Shown: positions 63,361-64,000 of the stretch, in pieces | How the letters are laid out: each line of letters starts with the position of its first letter | Position numbering within the stretch: the stretch's first letter is position 1 | Source: Mobula hypostoma | Lineage: Eukaryota | DNA: 64,000 bases | Direction: 5' to 3' | NCBI RefSeq assembly: GCF_963921235.1 | Contig: NC_086108.1 | Coordinates: 101,930,001-101,994,000 of the forward strand | The notes under the pieces: model-generated | Told to the model about the DNA's origin: nothing | Seen by the model: only the letters and a program-made list of their open reading frames with translations | Database searches by the model: none | Made by a program: the position numbers and the translations under genes

Positions 63361-64000
63361 GGGACATAGGTATGTGAAGAGCAAGAAGATGAGCTATGTG
63401 AGAATATTAGAAGTGTGTACATGGAGCCAGAGGAGGTAGTGGAGGTACTTAATGAATGCTTTGCTTCGGTATTCCCCTTTGATTAGGACCTAGGCAATTG
63501 TGGGGATGACTTACAGCAGACTTACTTCAGAACTTGAAAAACATTCGCCCATCAGCATCGAGGAAAACAGCCGCATAAGCATAGAGCTTTCATGAAGAGC
63601 GACCGTCATGCTGGGTCCAAACTCTGCTAACCTGGCTATGCCATCATCCCCATGGCCGCTGTAGCGAGTGAACACTGACCTCCCCTGCATCCACCTTGAT
63701 GCTTCAGTCTTTCTTGACTTTTCAAAATGGAGTCGATCATGGTCCTGCGCCTGATCTCTAGTCTTCTCCACGAAGCAGCTCGCACTCTCAGTGCTCTCCA
63801 GGGAGTATAGAGCGCTAAATCATTTGAACAAATTCCAAACTGCACAAGCTTCAACAATTTCTGAAACACAATCAAGACAAAAAGAACAAGCAGAAGATGT
63901 AGAGAAAGTTAAATACTTGAAGAGATTGCTATCTGCAAAATGTCACTCAAGGAATTGTTGTTCTCTGGCTCCATCTTGTCCGGATATCTGAAGTTTCTAA

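Larger units (their letters stand above)
55340..63520 (+). mobile_element. Older CR1 (5'UTR, ORF1, ORF2 5' half) hosting three nested insertions
   Basis: ORF1 HICARC and VVHIGTND; ORF2 YDIVAITETW and GDFNFP; sequence resumes after the insertions at 56018, 61606 and ~63365. Confidence 0.85.

Noticed and set aside
63520..64000. Short ORFs on both strands at the window end
   Set aside because: No recognisable motif and cut off by the window edge; cannot be assigned.

Overview
This is repeat-dense vertebrate genomic DNA. The mix of CR1, Penelope, Rex1, hAT and HE1-type V-SINE elements suggests a cartilaginous fish (inference). The only host gene I can support is a + strand CLCA-family gene (calcium-activated chloride channel regulator / zinc metalloprotease). 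Five coding exons were reconstructed by hand with consistent splice phases: 14579-14734, 14905-15048, 28421-32063 (split), 34339-34447 and 36369-36534. Coding exon 3 is interrupted by a 3.48-kb hAT transposon with a perfect 8-bp target-site duplication (TSD). Several conserved residues are substituted and no exon 6 or later is visible in the remaining 27 kb, so the gene is probably a pseudogene or truncated copy. A 1.9-kb inverted segmental duplication (3054-4973 vs 37776-39710) may mark the rearrangement that truncated it. The rest is nested mobile DNA: a decayed Gypsy pol with its 3' LTR, three solo LTRs, four hAT elements, many CR1 fragments (one near full length with a TSD), L1, BovB-like RTE, Rex1 and Hero-type RLE LINEs, and Penelope-like elements. 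The Penelope terminal repeats carry minimal hammerhead-ribozyme motifs, including ~110-630 bp non-autonomous insertions with TSDs. I found no clearly new biological system. All family calls come from motif recognition, not database searches.
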